Shown here piece by piece: positions 27,620 to 40,714 of a stretch of 64,000 nt of DNA (within the stretch, counting starts at the first letter, position 1; every line of letters starts with the position of its first letter). The translations under genes and the position numbers were made by a program. Source of the DNA: Paraspadella gotoi (lineage: Eukaryota; Animalia; Chaetognatha); NCBI GenBank assembly GCA_051294375.1, contig CM119265.1, forward strand, positions 23,590,669 through 23,654,668, read 5' to 3'. A model generated the notes under the pieces. The model did no database searches. It worked only from the letters and a program-made list of their open reading frames with translations, and was not told the origin of the DNA.

Positions 27620-30600
27620 TTTCTTTCTTTTTTTTTTGGATCAGAAGGGCAAGAAAATAGATTTCTGCCTCTGATCCTTCCACGAGTAAAACCAAGGCCA
27701 AAGTGAAGGCCGAATAAAAATCGCATGATGAATTAAGTTTACCCTCTGAAGTTTTTGACCTGATATCAAAGTCTGCAGAATCATAAGATATACATACATT
27801 GTACATTTTTACTTTTTAATATTTTTAACTTTAGTTGGCCTTAATTTACCTTTACGAACCCAGCCGTGTCCTCTTTTTTTTCTTTTCTTTTCCCACTTTC
27901 CTCTCTTTTTTCTTACTTCTCTTACTTATCTTCCTTCACTTGGCATTTTCTTATCTTTTTCTTCAATTGTTTTTTATTTATTTACTTTATTTCTATCCCT
28001 CTGTCTTTTTTCAGTGTGCTTTTTTTCCTTCCGCAATTTCTGCCGCCTCTTTCTCGCACACAATGGATTCGTGTCTGCATCTCTCTCTCATCGTCTCTCT
28101 CTCTCTCGTCTGTCTCTCTCTCGTCTTCTCTCTCTCTCGTGCTCTCTCTCGTCTGCTCTCTCTCGTCACTCTGCTCTCGGCTATATCTCTCAGAGGTCCG
28201 CTTTTGCTCTCTCAACTTCTTTTGTATCTCTCTCTCGCGCTCTTTCTCTTCTCTCTCTCTACTCCTTATGCGAATCCTAATCTCAATTTTCTGAGATTAA
28301 AATGAATATATTTATGCAGACTTTTTTTGTTTCGTTCTGTGAGGATTCTTCTCTGCGTGCAAGTGGCCCTCACTCGTCTCTCCTCTCTCCTTCCTCTCTC
28401 TCTCGCATCCAGTTTCTCGTTCTCTGCTCTCTCTCGTCTCGTCTCTCTCGTCGTGCTCTCTCATCTCTCTCTCTGCTCTCTCTCTCATCTCCCTGTTTTT
28501 CTCCTTCTCATCCCTCCCCCAGCCCTTACATCTATTATATCTCTCTCCCTCTCTCTCTGAATTCGTGCAACTTAGCGAATGATACGAACTTTTATTGGAC
28601 ACGACAAATAAGATATATTTATAGTATAGAATAGAGCTTTAAGGGGACCAGTGATAAAGATGATATCAATAAGTTTAAGGGTTCTATCATTAAAGGATTG
28701 ATGGTGATAGTCGATTAATTTTTCTTCGCCGGGCGGGAAAGTGGAGAAGAAATTCCATCTCCTTATGTTGCAATTCGGAACAAGGACGAGATATTTATGG
28801 AACAAATGTTTTTAATTGATCTCCACTAAATACTGGATACCCTCCATTCTCTTACTTTCCAGCTTGGGAAGGTCATGTTTTCATGAATTTCGAATTTTAT
28901 TTTTTTAACTGCAGAAAGCTGAATTGTGCATCGATGGGCCTCCTCTGATAAAAGGAATTGTTAATCAGTCCGAATATAATCGTCTTCATCNNNNNNNNNN
29001 NNNNNNNNNNNNNNNGCGAAACTAAAATAATTAAATATACAAAGCTTCCACGTCTAAAAAGCGAAAAAGGACCCTAGTAATTAAATTTCTTTTTTTCTCA
29101 AAATCGACACGAATTTTTCTTTCTCAAGATTGAAAGGACTTTCCTTTTCTTCTCTCCCTCTTTTTTCATGTCTGTATTTATTTATATTTATTTATTTATA
29201 TATATTTATTTATATTTATTTATTTATTTATTTGTTATTTTCCTTTCGTTTTCGTTGGAGTTAACTTTAAGGATGAAAAATATTTTTATTTTAACAACGA
29301 ATTTTATTAATAAAAATTGCAGACATGTTTCGAATAGTTGTTCCATTCTCCATCAGTGCAAAACGAATTTATTTATTTATTTATTTCACCAATACCTAAT
29401 TTTTTTTCCTCGATTTTATCAAGTAATTCGATTGAAACCGAAAATCTAGTTCAAAAGTGGAAAGGGTGTGGCCACTTGATCAATCTCTCTCTTCCCCCAC
29501 GCGCACATTTTCTCTCCGCCCTCTCTTCATTGAAAAAGTATCGAAATCAAGATGAAAAGGTCATTCGATCTCGTCGCCCACAACGACACCCCCNNNNNNN
29601 NNNNNNNNNNNNNNNNNNNNNNNNNNNNNNNNNNNNNNNNNNNNNNNNNNNNNNNNNNNNNNNNNNNNNNNNNNNNNNNNNNNNNNNNNNNNNNNNNNNN
29701 NNNNNNNNNNNNNNNNNNNNNNNNNNNNNNNNNNNNNNNNNNNNNNNNNNNNNNNNNNNNNNNNNNNNNNNNNNNNNNNNNNNNNNNNNNNNNNNNNNNN
29801 NNNNNNNNNNNNNNNNNNNNNNNNNNNNNNNNNNNNACAATGATTTGAGGTCGGGTCATCTGGCGAACGACCTTGAAATCAGGGATAGCCGCTTTGATCA
29901 ACCATGGAGACGATGAATCAGGGGACAGTTTGGATACATTTAATGGACATTTGTGGGTCGACCTGACTGTAATCTGTGTAACCATGACCCTAGTTTTGGA
30001 ATCTTAAAAATTTATTGTGAATCGGCCAATGGGTTGACGATAACAATACAAAAAGAAGAATAAATTGTTTGAATAGAAAAACAAAAGAAAGATTTCAATT
30101 TATTCGTCGTCAAANNNNNNNNNNNNNNNNNNNNNNNNNNNNNNNNNNNNNNNNNNNNNNNNNNNNNNNNNNNNNNNNNNNNNNNNNNNNNNNNNNNNNN
30201 NNNNNNNNNNNNNNNNNNNNNNNNNNNNNNNNNNNNNNNNNNNNNNNNNNNNNNNNNNNNNNNNNNNNNNNNNNNNNNNNNNNNNNNNNNNNNNNNNNNN
30301 NNNNNNNNNNNNNNNNNNNNNNNNNNNNNNNNNNNNNNNCACAATATATTATTTTTTCTTAAAATATTTTTAGAATTTTGAAAAAATTTACTAATCCACC
30401 TTTAAACATCATATATTAAAAAGTTTTAAAATTTTTTAAAAATATTTTTTAAAAAATATATTTATTTTTAAAAACGAATTAATTGATTTATCTGCTGGTT
30501 AATACAAAAAATAGGGGGACATCGTCTCCCTCCTACGCCGTCGTCCTCGATCCAAGAAAAAGAGTGATTTTTGATGGAGGCCGTAAATCCATGGTGAGGC

Positions 30601-31141
30601 TCGAACTCGCCCGTGACATCCACCTCCCTCCAGGGAGCGGCTTCAACTCACCCTCGACAATCTCCTCCCACTTTCCCTTAATTCGAAGCTTTTCCCAGGT
30701 GAAATATCACATTTTTCTTTAGCATATCCTTTGTTTCAGACATTCCCCCCCGTTAACCCTTCGCTCACTCGCCAGTGACCCCCAGAACACCAACACAAAC
30801 ATTTCTTCTTATAGATCGAAAGATTTTTAACTCTCTCGCGTCGTCGTCGTCGTCGTCGTCCGTCGTCGTCGTCGTTCTTATGTTCTTCGTCCGGAGGATT
30901 TTTTCGATTAGACCTTGTGATATTTATTCGAAACTATATTTCAGAGAAAAGGTTTATGTTTTTTTTATGATTCCGATATTAATGCTTTTTATCGGTTTAA
31001 CGCTGAATATCGCCCTAAGTAACAATCTTTTTGTTGTTGTTGTTGTCTTGTTGTTATTTGATGTGGTTGTTTGTTTTAATTTTTGTATTTAAGCCAGCGA
31101 GGGTTTTATCGTTTTAGACTCCGGGTTACCTTAAGAAAGCG

Positions 31142-31211
<70 letters not shown>

Positions 31212-34117
31212 TCTCTACTCAAATTTTCCATTCGGATTCTCCTCCATTCCTTGTTGCGCCCACTTTGTTTTTGGCGAGGCTGGAGTGTTCTGCTCTGTTT
31301 CCTTCTGTTACTTTTTTTTCTTTCTTTTTTTTTTTGCCGGTTTATTCTTTGTCGTTTGTCTTTGTTTTTTTACATACATCTGTTTTGTTAATACGTTGTG
31401 GAACACAACTTTTATTTCTCTTTTTCTCTCCTCTTCTCTCTCTCCTCTCTCTCTCTCCTCTCTCTCTCTCCTCTATCTCTCTCTCTCTCTCTCTCTCTCT
31501 TCTGTCCCTATGCCTCTTTCTCTCTCCCCTTCCTTTCATCTCGCCGGCTTTCTGTTTACACCTTTTTCCATAATCGCCTGTTTTCGTCGATTTCCGCCAG
31601 AGGCACCACTGAGCCTCGATCTCCCAACGGCGTCTCAAAAAAAAGGAATCGGAAGGAATCGAGAACCCGGAGGTCATAACCCGTCAAATCGAGCGTAAAT
31701 GGCATCGAGGGGAAAGTAAAAAAAAGAGGGGAGTAGGATTCGAACCTGGGGACATTGAGGGGAGAGTGGTAGGAGAAAAGACGGAGGCACTTACCTTAGT
31801 AAGGATGTAATAAAGAAGGAAAGTAGGTAAGGCACGTGATGACGAGGAAACTGTAAAGTTAGGAGAAAAGAAGTTAAAGATAAAAGAAAAGGAAGAAAAG
31901 AAAAGGTAAGGTAATTAAAAAATGAATAAAAAAGAATAGATGATTCGAGTGGACAGAAATAAGTTTAATAGAAAAAGATGAAATACAGTAAGTAAGTAAA
32001 CCTAAGCGTCAAGGTTGAAATAAAAACTTTACGTCTTCTTTTCTTGACGGGGCGTGGCGACTTAACATTAATTTTTAAAGGCTCAAAATTTAATTCCTTT
32101 TTAAAAGTTAATTTGCCTCTTTTTTTTTAAATATTCCTTTCAACTTTCATATTTTTCCGGCTTCTTTGTTCATTGGTTTCTGCTTCAATTGTCTTTTCAT
32201 TTTCTTTCCAATTAAAAAAGAAAGAAAAAAATTCTCCCCATCAACTTTTACATCCATCGTTTTTTTTCCTTCTTGATTTTATTCGAATATTTTTCAAGTT
32301 TTTTTTTCACCAAGCTAATTTCTCTCTTGTTTTCTCACTCATTTCCAGTTGTTTCTTCCTTTGTTTAGTTACCCCATATTTCCTTTCCTATAGTTTTTAC
32401 TTTGTTTCGATTTTTATATTAATTTCATTCCTTTATTTCCTCGGTTTTTCATAACCGTTCACCGCTTTGATTCTTCTTTGTTTCCGCCTTGTTTCATTAT
32501 TGTTTCCTCCCCTTGTTTTTTCCCTCCTTCGTTTCCTCTTAAATCAAAGTATCGGTTGGCGACGTATTTCACGAGGAGCGTTTAAGCGTCGAGTTAAAGA
32601 GGAAACTGTTTCCTCTTCGTTTAACCCCCCCTACTCCCCCCTCCCCTCTGCCCCTCCTTTTTTCCCCCCATTTTTCGCTCACCCAAATCTTTACTCTTAC
32701 TTCCTTTCACTTCTCTCTCTGGAAACCAAAGCTTTAACTTCTATTTTGCTAATATTTACGATAAACAACTCGCGGATGTTTATTTCATTTTACTTGTTCA
32801 CTTTTTTTTACTTTCCTTCCTTGTCCGATTTCATCCTTTTTTATACTCTTTTCTTTTGTCCCTCCTTCCTTTCTCATTTCCTCCCCTCGTTACTCGCCTT
32901 TATTTCTCCTCCTCCTCCTCCTCCTCCTCCTCCTCATTGTTCCCCATAATTGCCTATTTAAGATCCACCGGTGACTGCTCCTCACTCCTCAGTCGCCAAA
33001 CCATAAAATTCAGTTTTACACATTTTTTTTTTCGCGCGTTGATGTCAGGCAGAATGAAGTTGCTACGGTTGGTATTTTTAATTTCTTAGATTATTCAAAA
33101 GATTGTAATATCGTTACAATTTTTTTTATCTCGAAGCAAAAAAAAAAATGAAAAGAAAAATCCCATGAACTTCGCAAAGTCAATAACGTTTAAATGTATT
33201 TTTCATCGTTTTATATCGTATTAAAAATAATGAGAATAATTTCTAATTTTCATCAAGAATCGTGCCTTTCTCAACCAATTTCGCCGCTTCGTCTTATCCA
33301 CTCTAATTCCGATATTTTTCTATATTTCGATATCCAAACTTCAAATATTCACAACTTTTAATTTTCTTTTTTTTCAGCGAGCGACCTCGATCGACATCCC
33401 CTTTTCGCCCCCCCCTCAATCGGAACGGGGTTTCTTCACAATTCACACTCCATTCACAACAACCTCACACCAAACAGTGATCGGATTTGCTTCTCCCGTT
33501 TCACACGCGTCGCGCTCACTCCCTCTCTCGGATTAAATCTCAATCACTTTCCCGAACTCAGTCGCGACAACCAATCTTTCCCTCGGACCCAAATAGGATT
33601 ATCTGACTTCAATTTTTGGGTCGAAAAAAATAAACATTTTTAAAATTCGAAAATTCATAAAACGAGAAAATTGAAAAAAAAAGAGGAACGTGAAAGCGAG
33701 AGGCACGGAGGGAGTTTCACTTCACGAACCCAGAATTTCACTGTGATTCTCAGTGAATAACAAGAAAAACGCCAAAGGACACGACGATATAACCGAAGGA
33801 AAATCCGATAAGTGTTTTTTTTTTTTTTTGCACGAAAGTACATATCAACGGAAAAGCGATATATATTGGGGAGAACGACATCCGCCTAAAAGCGACATCT
33901 CTTGGGAAAAAAACAAAACGACATCTTCGACGATTTGACGGGAATTCAAAAGCCCGAGGATTCGTCGGGGAAAAAATAACCGGATATAAAAATCGTATAA
34001 AAACTGATTTAAATTTAACGGGAAAACGGAATAAAATACTAATAAAAACGGATAAACAACCGGAGAAAAGATTTAAACCCGCAATATAATAGAAATCCAA
34101 TTATTTTGAGTTCGTCG

Positions 34118-35147
34118 GGGTAAGGTAAGAGTGTAAGATGTGAACTTAGTCTTTGTGAAATATATTTTAAACCAAAGCGGATCAGCCGACTTCAGTTCAG
34201 AGCAGAAAGGAAGAGAAAGAGAAAAAAAACCCGGATGGCTAAAAGAGAAAATGACCCAATGAAAATAGGAAACGGATCTAAAATGGTCCTCATGGATTTT
34301 CTTACCACCCATTAAACCCCCCCCCCATCCTTTACCCTCTACTTTTACACTCATCCTTTCTCTCAACCCCCCCCCCCACCGTTCTCCTCCACCCATTTCA
34401 CCCCAGGGGTCGCGTTCGAGTAACGACCCGCTCGATCTTCCGTCGAGGCGATTGAAATACGAGTATTGGCTCTGTCACTTTAAGAGAGATAATCAATGTG
34501 GGAAGGGTAAGGTTTAAAGGAGTTGTTAAGATGTTGAACTGTTAGGTTCGTGTGAAATATTATATTTTTAATTCGGACACATTCGAAGGCCAACTTACAG
34601 CTTCAGAGCAAGAAATGGAAGAGAAAGCAGAAAAAAAAACCCGGTAATGGCTTAAAAAGAGTAAAATTGACCCAATTGAAAATAGGAAACTGGAATCTAA
34701 AATTGGTCGCTCCCGATGGATTTGTTTCTTTCCCACCAATCATTAAACCCCCCCCACGCTGCTTTACCCTCCTAGCCTTTTACATCTCATCCTTTCTCTC
34801 AACCCCCTCCCTCCCCACCGTTCTCCTGCGCACCCATTTCACCCCAAGGGGGTCGCGGTTCGAGAGTAACCACGAACCCCGCTTTGCGATCTTCCGGTCG
34901 GCGATGCATGAATACCTGAGGAGTACTTGGCTCTGTCCACTTTAAGATCGGGATAATCAATTGTGGAAGTCTTGGAACCCTCTCTCTCTTTCATGTCTCT
35001 CTCTTCGGCTTCTGCTCCTCGTCTTCTCTCTTTTACCTCTCTCTCTCTTCTTCTCTCTCTCTCTCTTCTAATCTCTCTCTCTATCTCTCTCTCTCTCTTT
35101 CTCTCTCTCACTCTCTCTCTCTCTCTCACTCTTCTCTCCTCCCTTCT

Positions 35148-35194
<47 letters not shown>

Positions 35195-35394
35195 TCTCTC
35201 TCTCTCTCTCTCTCGTGCTCTCTCTCTCTCTCTCCTCCTTTCTCCAGTCTCTCTCTCTCTTTCACCCAAAATGGAGTCTCCTCGTTCCTCGATCCTAACA
35301 AGAAGAGAAGGACGTCGGATGTAATTCTCATGTNNNNNNNNNNNNNNNNNNNNNNNNNAGTCTGTGGACTCTCTCTCTTTTTCAGTCTCTCTTT

Positions 35395-35431
<37 letters not shown>

Positions 35432-35738
35432 TTCTTCTCTCTCTCTCTTCTTCTCTCTCTCTCTCCTCTCTCTCTCTCTCGTTCTTCTCCCATCGCTCTC
35501 TCTCTCTCTCTCTTTTCTCTCTTTCTCTCTCTCTCTGTTTTCTCGAGTCTCTCGTCCTCTCTGTCTCTCGCTCTCTGCTCTCTCTCTCTGCTTCTCTTCT
35601 CTCTCGTCTCTTCTCTCTCTCTCGTCTCTTCTTTCTTCTTCTCGTCGTCTCTCTTTTTTTCAGTCTTTCTCTCTCTCTACTCTCTCTCTCGTCTCTCTCT
35701 TCTCTCTCTCTCTTCTCGTCTCTCGTTCTATCTCTTCG

Positions 35739-35771
<33 letters not shown>

Positions 35772-36020
35772 TCTCTTTTTCTCGAGTCTCTCTCTTCTCT
35801 CTCTCTCTCTCTTCTCTTTCTCTCTCTCTCCTCTTCCTCTCTCTCTCTTCTCTCTCTTCTCTCCTTCTCAGTCTCTCTCTCTCTTCGTCTCTCTCTGCTT
35901 TCTCTCTTCTCTCTCTCATCTCTTCTCCCTTTCTCAGTTCTCTCTCTCTTTCACCAAAAGGAGGTCTCTCGCCTCCCCCCCCTTGACCGATCCTAACAGA
36001 ATGAAGACGTGCTCGCTGGA
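34118..36020 (+). repeat. Tandem noisy duplications (34118-34505 vs 34506-34970; 34968-35325 vs 35359-36020)
   Basis: Colinear copies with insertion-biased errors near the 25-N gap 35334-35358. Confidence 0.8.
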
Positions 36021-36687
36021 GATATTTAGTGTGTCGCGCGATCGCTTGTTTGTTTCTTATCTCTCTGCTTTTTTTTTGAATTTATGTGCGATTCGCGTGA
36101 CTTGGTTTTTTTCTTAACTTTTTTTTCATCTCTTTTTTTTCCCTCTTTTTCTGGGTATTTCGTTACAGTAAAACGGACCGACCGCGTTTGACGGAGGTAT
36201 TGAAAAAAATTACTTTCTTTTGTTATTCTTTTCATTATTTTATCTCTCCAATTGCGATATTTTTAACATAGTATGTATCTATTCTTGTCTTAATCAACTT
36301 TTTCATCTTCTTTCTTCCTTTGTCTTTCCTTTGGAGCCGGCCTCCCACGAAGGCTGTAAATTGTAAAAGCGACTCAGAGCTTTCAGCCTAAAAAAACTTG
36401 TGCGCTTCATAGGGGATTTTGATTGATTGACTGATTCGGACAGCCGGTTGGTGGTATTTCAAAAGAAAGAAATAGTAATGGATAATTTAACAGATTTTTT
36501 TAAATTCATGAAATCAAGTGTGGGAGAATGATTGGTTGATTGCTTTCTTCATTCAAGGGATTGAGTGTAACCAATTGATTTGATTGATTAGATAACCGTC
36601 GGAGGTGATTGATTTGAATCGAGGAGTTTGATTGGTTGGATCCGTCGACGTCGCTTGGAAGATAAATTCGCGATGAGCGATTGAGTA

Positions 36688-36864
36688 GAGGAAAAAGGAA
36701 AGAGGTGGAGGAAATCGGAGGAAAAAGGAAAGAGGTGGGGGAAATCGGAGGAAAAAGGAAAGAAGTGGAGGAAATCGGAGGAAAAAGGAAAGAGGTGGAG
36801 GAAATCGGAGGAAAAAGGAAAGAAGTGGAGGAAATCGAAGGAAAAAGGAAAGTGGGGGAAATCG
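36688..36864 (+). repeat. 30-bp minisatellite x~6 (GAGGAAAAAGGAAAGAGGTGGAGGAAATCG)
   Basis: Direct inspection. Confidence 0.92.
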
Positions 36865-37165
36865 TAATCGGTCTTTAAACAATAATCTTCGTTCCTTCTT
36901 CTTTGTGGATAAAAAAGATTCCATCTTTCATTCGTCTTGATAATGATTTTTTTCTTAAAAAACTACGGGAAAATTCAAACATAAGTTTATTTTTGAGAAA
37001 GAAAGCACTTATGACTTTTCTCACCGCTTTAAATTGACTACTGCAATATGCAAATGAGTTTTAGTTGAATCATTATCGTCACGCGCAGTATGTCTATTGA
37101 CTAATCATGTTTTTATTCTTAACGAGGGGCGATTTTTTGTNNNNNNNNNNNNNNNNNNNNNNNNN

Positions 37166-40100
37166 AAGAGAGGAGATCAGTCCGGGCGCTGGCGAAACGA
37201 TCCCGTCGGCGGCGAGAGACGCCGCAGCGAGGCGGGAACCGAAGTGGGCGTGTGGCGTGCCGCGTGGGGACCGGAGAGACGCCGCGCCGAACATGTCGCT
37301 ATGGCATATAGTATCTCACTTGTTATTTCGATCGAAACGAGAGAAAAACAGTCATCCGTTGAACCCTTTACGAATTGATTGATGTGGGGTTATACGAGTT
37401 ATACAAAAGTTATAATAAATAATACTGACGCATTCATTAAAGCGTTTGTAATCGAGTTGTTATTAGGAGGAGGAAGAACCATAGCTTATTTTAGCACCTC
37501 TGTGAAAGTCAGGAAGGCTAGATAGTAGTTCTTTTATTAATCTTTTTTATCGTTCTCCCAATTTCATATAATTAGCTCCTTGTATTCTACAACACAAATT
37601 GCCACCACTAATATAATTAATAAAAAAACTTAAATAAATATGATAAAACTTAAATCTAGTGTGTTGAAAAGATTAAATTTACTTCCAAAAAGACACAAAT
37701 TTTAATAAAAACATATATAGTGTTACACGCAAATAACTTCTTAGTAATACAATGAAAGAAAAAAAAAGAGGTTTTTCGGGGGCCCAGCCAAGAATATCAA
37801 CTACAAACAACCAGAACAACAACCAAACAGCAACAGACAACAACAACACACCAACAGACAACAAAACGAACAACAACCAACAACAACAACACAACAAACC
37901 AACAAACAACACACAACAACAACAAACAACAAGAAGAGACTCTAATTTCTCACTTCGTCTCGTCGACTCTATTACGTCTCTCTCTCTCCATCTCTCCGGA
38001 TCTCTCTTCTCTCTCAATCTTCATCATCTCATCTCTCATCTCTCTCTCTCTTATCTCTCTCTCTACTATCTCTTTCTCTCGTCTAATATATATCAGATAT
38101 ATAATATCTCTTCACATCTCTCTCTACCATCAAAAATCTGCTCTCTCTCTCTCTCTCATCATCGATCTTTGACTCATTCTACTTCCTCGCTTTCGCCCCT
38201 TCAATCTACTATTCCGTCGTCACTTCACTTCTCCTGATTGTCTCCCTCCAGCATCTTTCACTTTTTCTCCCTCATCATCATACGCGAGGGCAGCGTCATC
38301 ATACCTCTACACCGTCAATTGACTCTCCACTCTCTCACGGTGATTTCATCGCTCGGCAATTCTCACGTCACCAGCCCGCGAAATTACAAAGCAATTCCGT
38401 TCAACGATATCCTCGCTTTATCGTTTCCTCTTCTCTCATCTCGTCACCGTCGTCATACTCTCTCTCCACTCTCACTCCTCCGTCTCTCCTACTCTCTCCA
38501 TCTCTCTCTCTCTCTCCTGTCTCTCTCGTCATTGACCTTTCTCTTAATTCTCTCACTTCGATAATAAAACATCGCTTTCGTTCTTTCTCTTGTCTCCTCT
38601 ACCCCAGAATAGACTCTCTCGTAACTCCGATCGGCTCTCCACAACATCCTATCGTTTAAGCGTCTCTCTCGTCTCTCTCATGTTTTATTCTATTCATCAG
38701 ACTACGAAAACAGATTAACGGGTGATTTTCGCTCCAAACTAAATCTTTTTCCATGTCTCCACTTTCATCCTCGTCCCCTTTTCGACTCTCCTCCTTCACC
38801 AACGTATTATAGTCTCATGTCTCTCTCTCTCTCTGTCTCTCTCTCCTCTCCATCATCTCTCTACTCCAATCTCTCTCATTTAATGCCTACTATATCCCAT
38901 TCGGTTCATTATAAAAACAATAGAGAGAGAGAGACGCTTAACGATAGAGTTGGAGAGCGACGGAGTTACAGAGAGTCTATTCTGGGTAGAGAGAGACAGA
39001 GAGAAAGNNNNNNNNNNNNNNNNNNNNNNNNNNNNNNNNNNNNNNNNNNNNNNNNNNNNNNNNNNNNNNNNNNNNNNNNNNNNNNNNNNNNNNNNNNNNN
39101 NNNNNNNNNNNNNNNNNNNNNNNNNNNNNNNNNNNNNNNNNNNNNNNNNNNNNNNNNNNNNNNNNNNNNNNNNNNNNNNNNNNNNNNNNNNNNNNNNNNN
39201 NNNNNNNNNNNNNNNNNNNNNNNNNNNNNNNNNNNNNNNNNNNGAAACTAAAGCAGGATCGTGAACGAATGCTTTGTAATTTCGGGTGACGTGAGAATGC
39301 CAGCGATGAAATCACGTGAGAGAGTGAGAGTCAATTGACGTAGAGAGATGACGCTGCTCGCGATGAATGAGGGAAGAGAAAAGTGAAAGAGTGAGAGGGA
39401 GACAATCAGGAGAGAGAGTGACACGGAGTAATGAGGGGGAAAGCTGAGAAGTAGAATTGAGTCAATGAGACGAGAGAGAGAGAGAATCGAGAGAGAGAAG
39501 CAGATGAGAGGAGAGCGAGATGAGATGACTGCATTCGAGCCGCCGTGGAGAATTGAAGGAGCAGAGAGAGATAGAGTTAATAGAGTCAACGAGACGAATG
39601 TGAAAAATTAGATCTCTTGTTGTTGTTGTTGTTGTCGGTTGTTGTTGTTGTTTTGTTTGTTGTTGTTTGTTGTTGTTGTGTTGTTTGTTGTGTTGTTGTG
39701 TGTGTTGTTGTTGTTGTTGTTGTGTTGTTGTTGTGTGTTGTGTCGTGTTGTTGTTGTTCTGGTTGTTGTCGTCTATATTCTTGCGGCGCTGCGAGGCCGA
39801 AAAACTTTTTTTTCGTTTCAACTTGTCATTACTTAAGATGAGTATGTTTGCGGTTAACACATATTATTTATTAAGGATTTGTCTTTTGGGATAGTAAGAT
39901 TATCTTTTTCAACAAACTTTGCATTGAAGTTGTTTATCATATTTTATTTTTAAGTTTTTTTATTTAATTAGATTGGTGCGGGTATTTCGTTGTACTTCGG
40001 TTCGCCGAATCCAAAATATTAATTGATCGTATGAAATTGGCGAGAACCGATAAAAAAAATTAAAAGAACTAGCTTCTTAGCTTCCTGTACTTTCAAGAGG

Positions 40101-40420
40101 GTTAAGAAGCTTTTTCTTCCCTCCTAATAACACTCGATTACAAACGTATATCTATATATATGTGTTATATAACTTATAACCCCATTATGACCCCAATATC
40201 AATTCAAAGGTTCAACGGAACTTTTCTCTCGTTCGTCGAAAAACAAGAAGACATGCATAAGCGAAGTTCGGCGGCGACGCCAAATTCCGGCGCGGCGTTT
40301 CCGGCCAACGGATTCCCGGCCACCGACACGACCACGCCCACTTCCGGTTCCCGCCTCGTGGCGTCTCTCGCCGCCGACGGTTCCGTTTCCGCCGGACTGA
40401 CGAACGGAGTCTCCTCCCAC
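37166..40420. repeat. ~3.2-kb noisy inverted duplication centred near 38790
   Basis: 37166-37800 mirrors 39780-40420, and 38590-38690 mirrors 38910-39005. It starts at a 25-N gap and is probably a long-read fold-back. Confidence 0.8.
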
Positions 40421-40714
40421 AATTCGATCCAGTTTCATCCGGAATTCCGTCGCGCAGACACGGATGTAATCGCCGCCAAACAAGCGCAGAGCCCTTTGGA
40501 AATGATAGGCGTTCCGGTGACGAAATTGGTTAAGAGCATCTCCGCTTTCCTGATTGGATACTCGCCGACGACGACGGCGATGACGACGACGACGACGGCG
40601 GCGATGACGACGGCGATGACGACGACGACGACGACGACTACAGGGAGAACGACGTCAACCACGGATCGAAAAAGGCGGATGGAAAGGAGCGAGACAATGG
40701 ACGATTTGAAAAAG
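40210..40714 (+). CDS. Putative exon A of orphan Ser/Thr-rich gene
   Basis: GC-rich island inside the 188-aa ORF 40160-40726 (FNGTFLSFVEKQEDMHKRSSAATP...YSPTTTAMTTT...DRKRRMERSETMDDLKK). Strong donor AAG|GTAATT followed by an abrupt AT-rich stretch. Acceptor ttcaaAG|G is tentative. It ends in phase 0, so an unseen exon is needed before 43734. Confidence 0.55.

Noticed and set aside
30590-30610. tRNA B-box-like GAGTTCGAGCC on the - strand (also GGTTCGAATCC at ~31736-31746)
   Set aside because: No cloverleaf or convincing A-box could be built; at most decayed SINE heads.
12276-33650. GC-rich islands at ~12280, 18120, 19650, 24830, 27125, 29840, 30520 and 33378, plus an AT-balanced island at 20490-20810, as possible exons
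   Set aside because: Strand and frame are ambiguous, and no phase-consistent chain could be established without transcripts.
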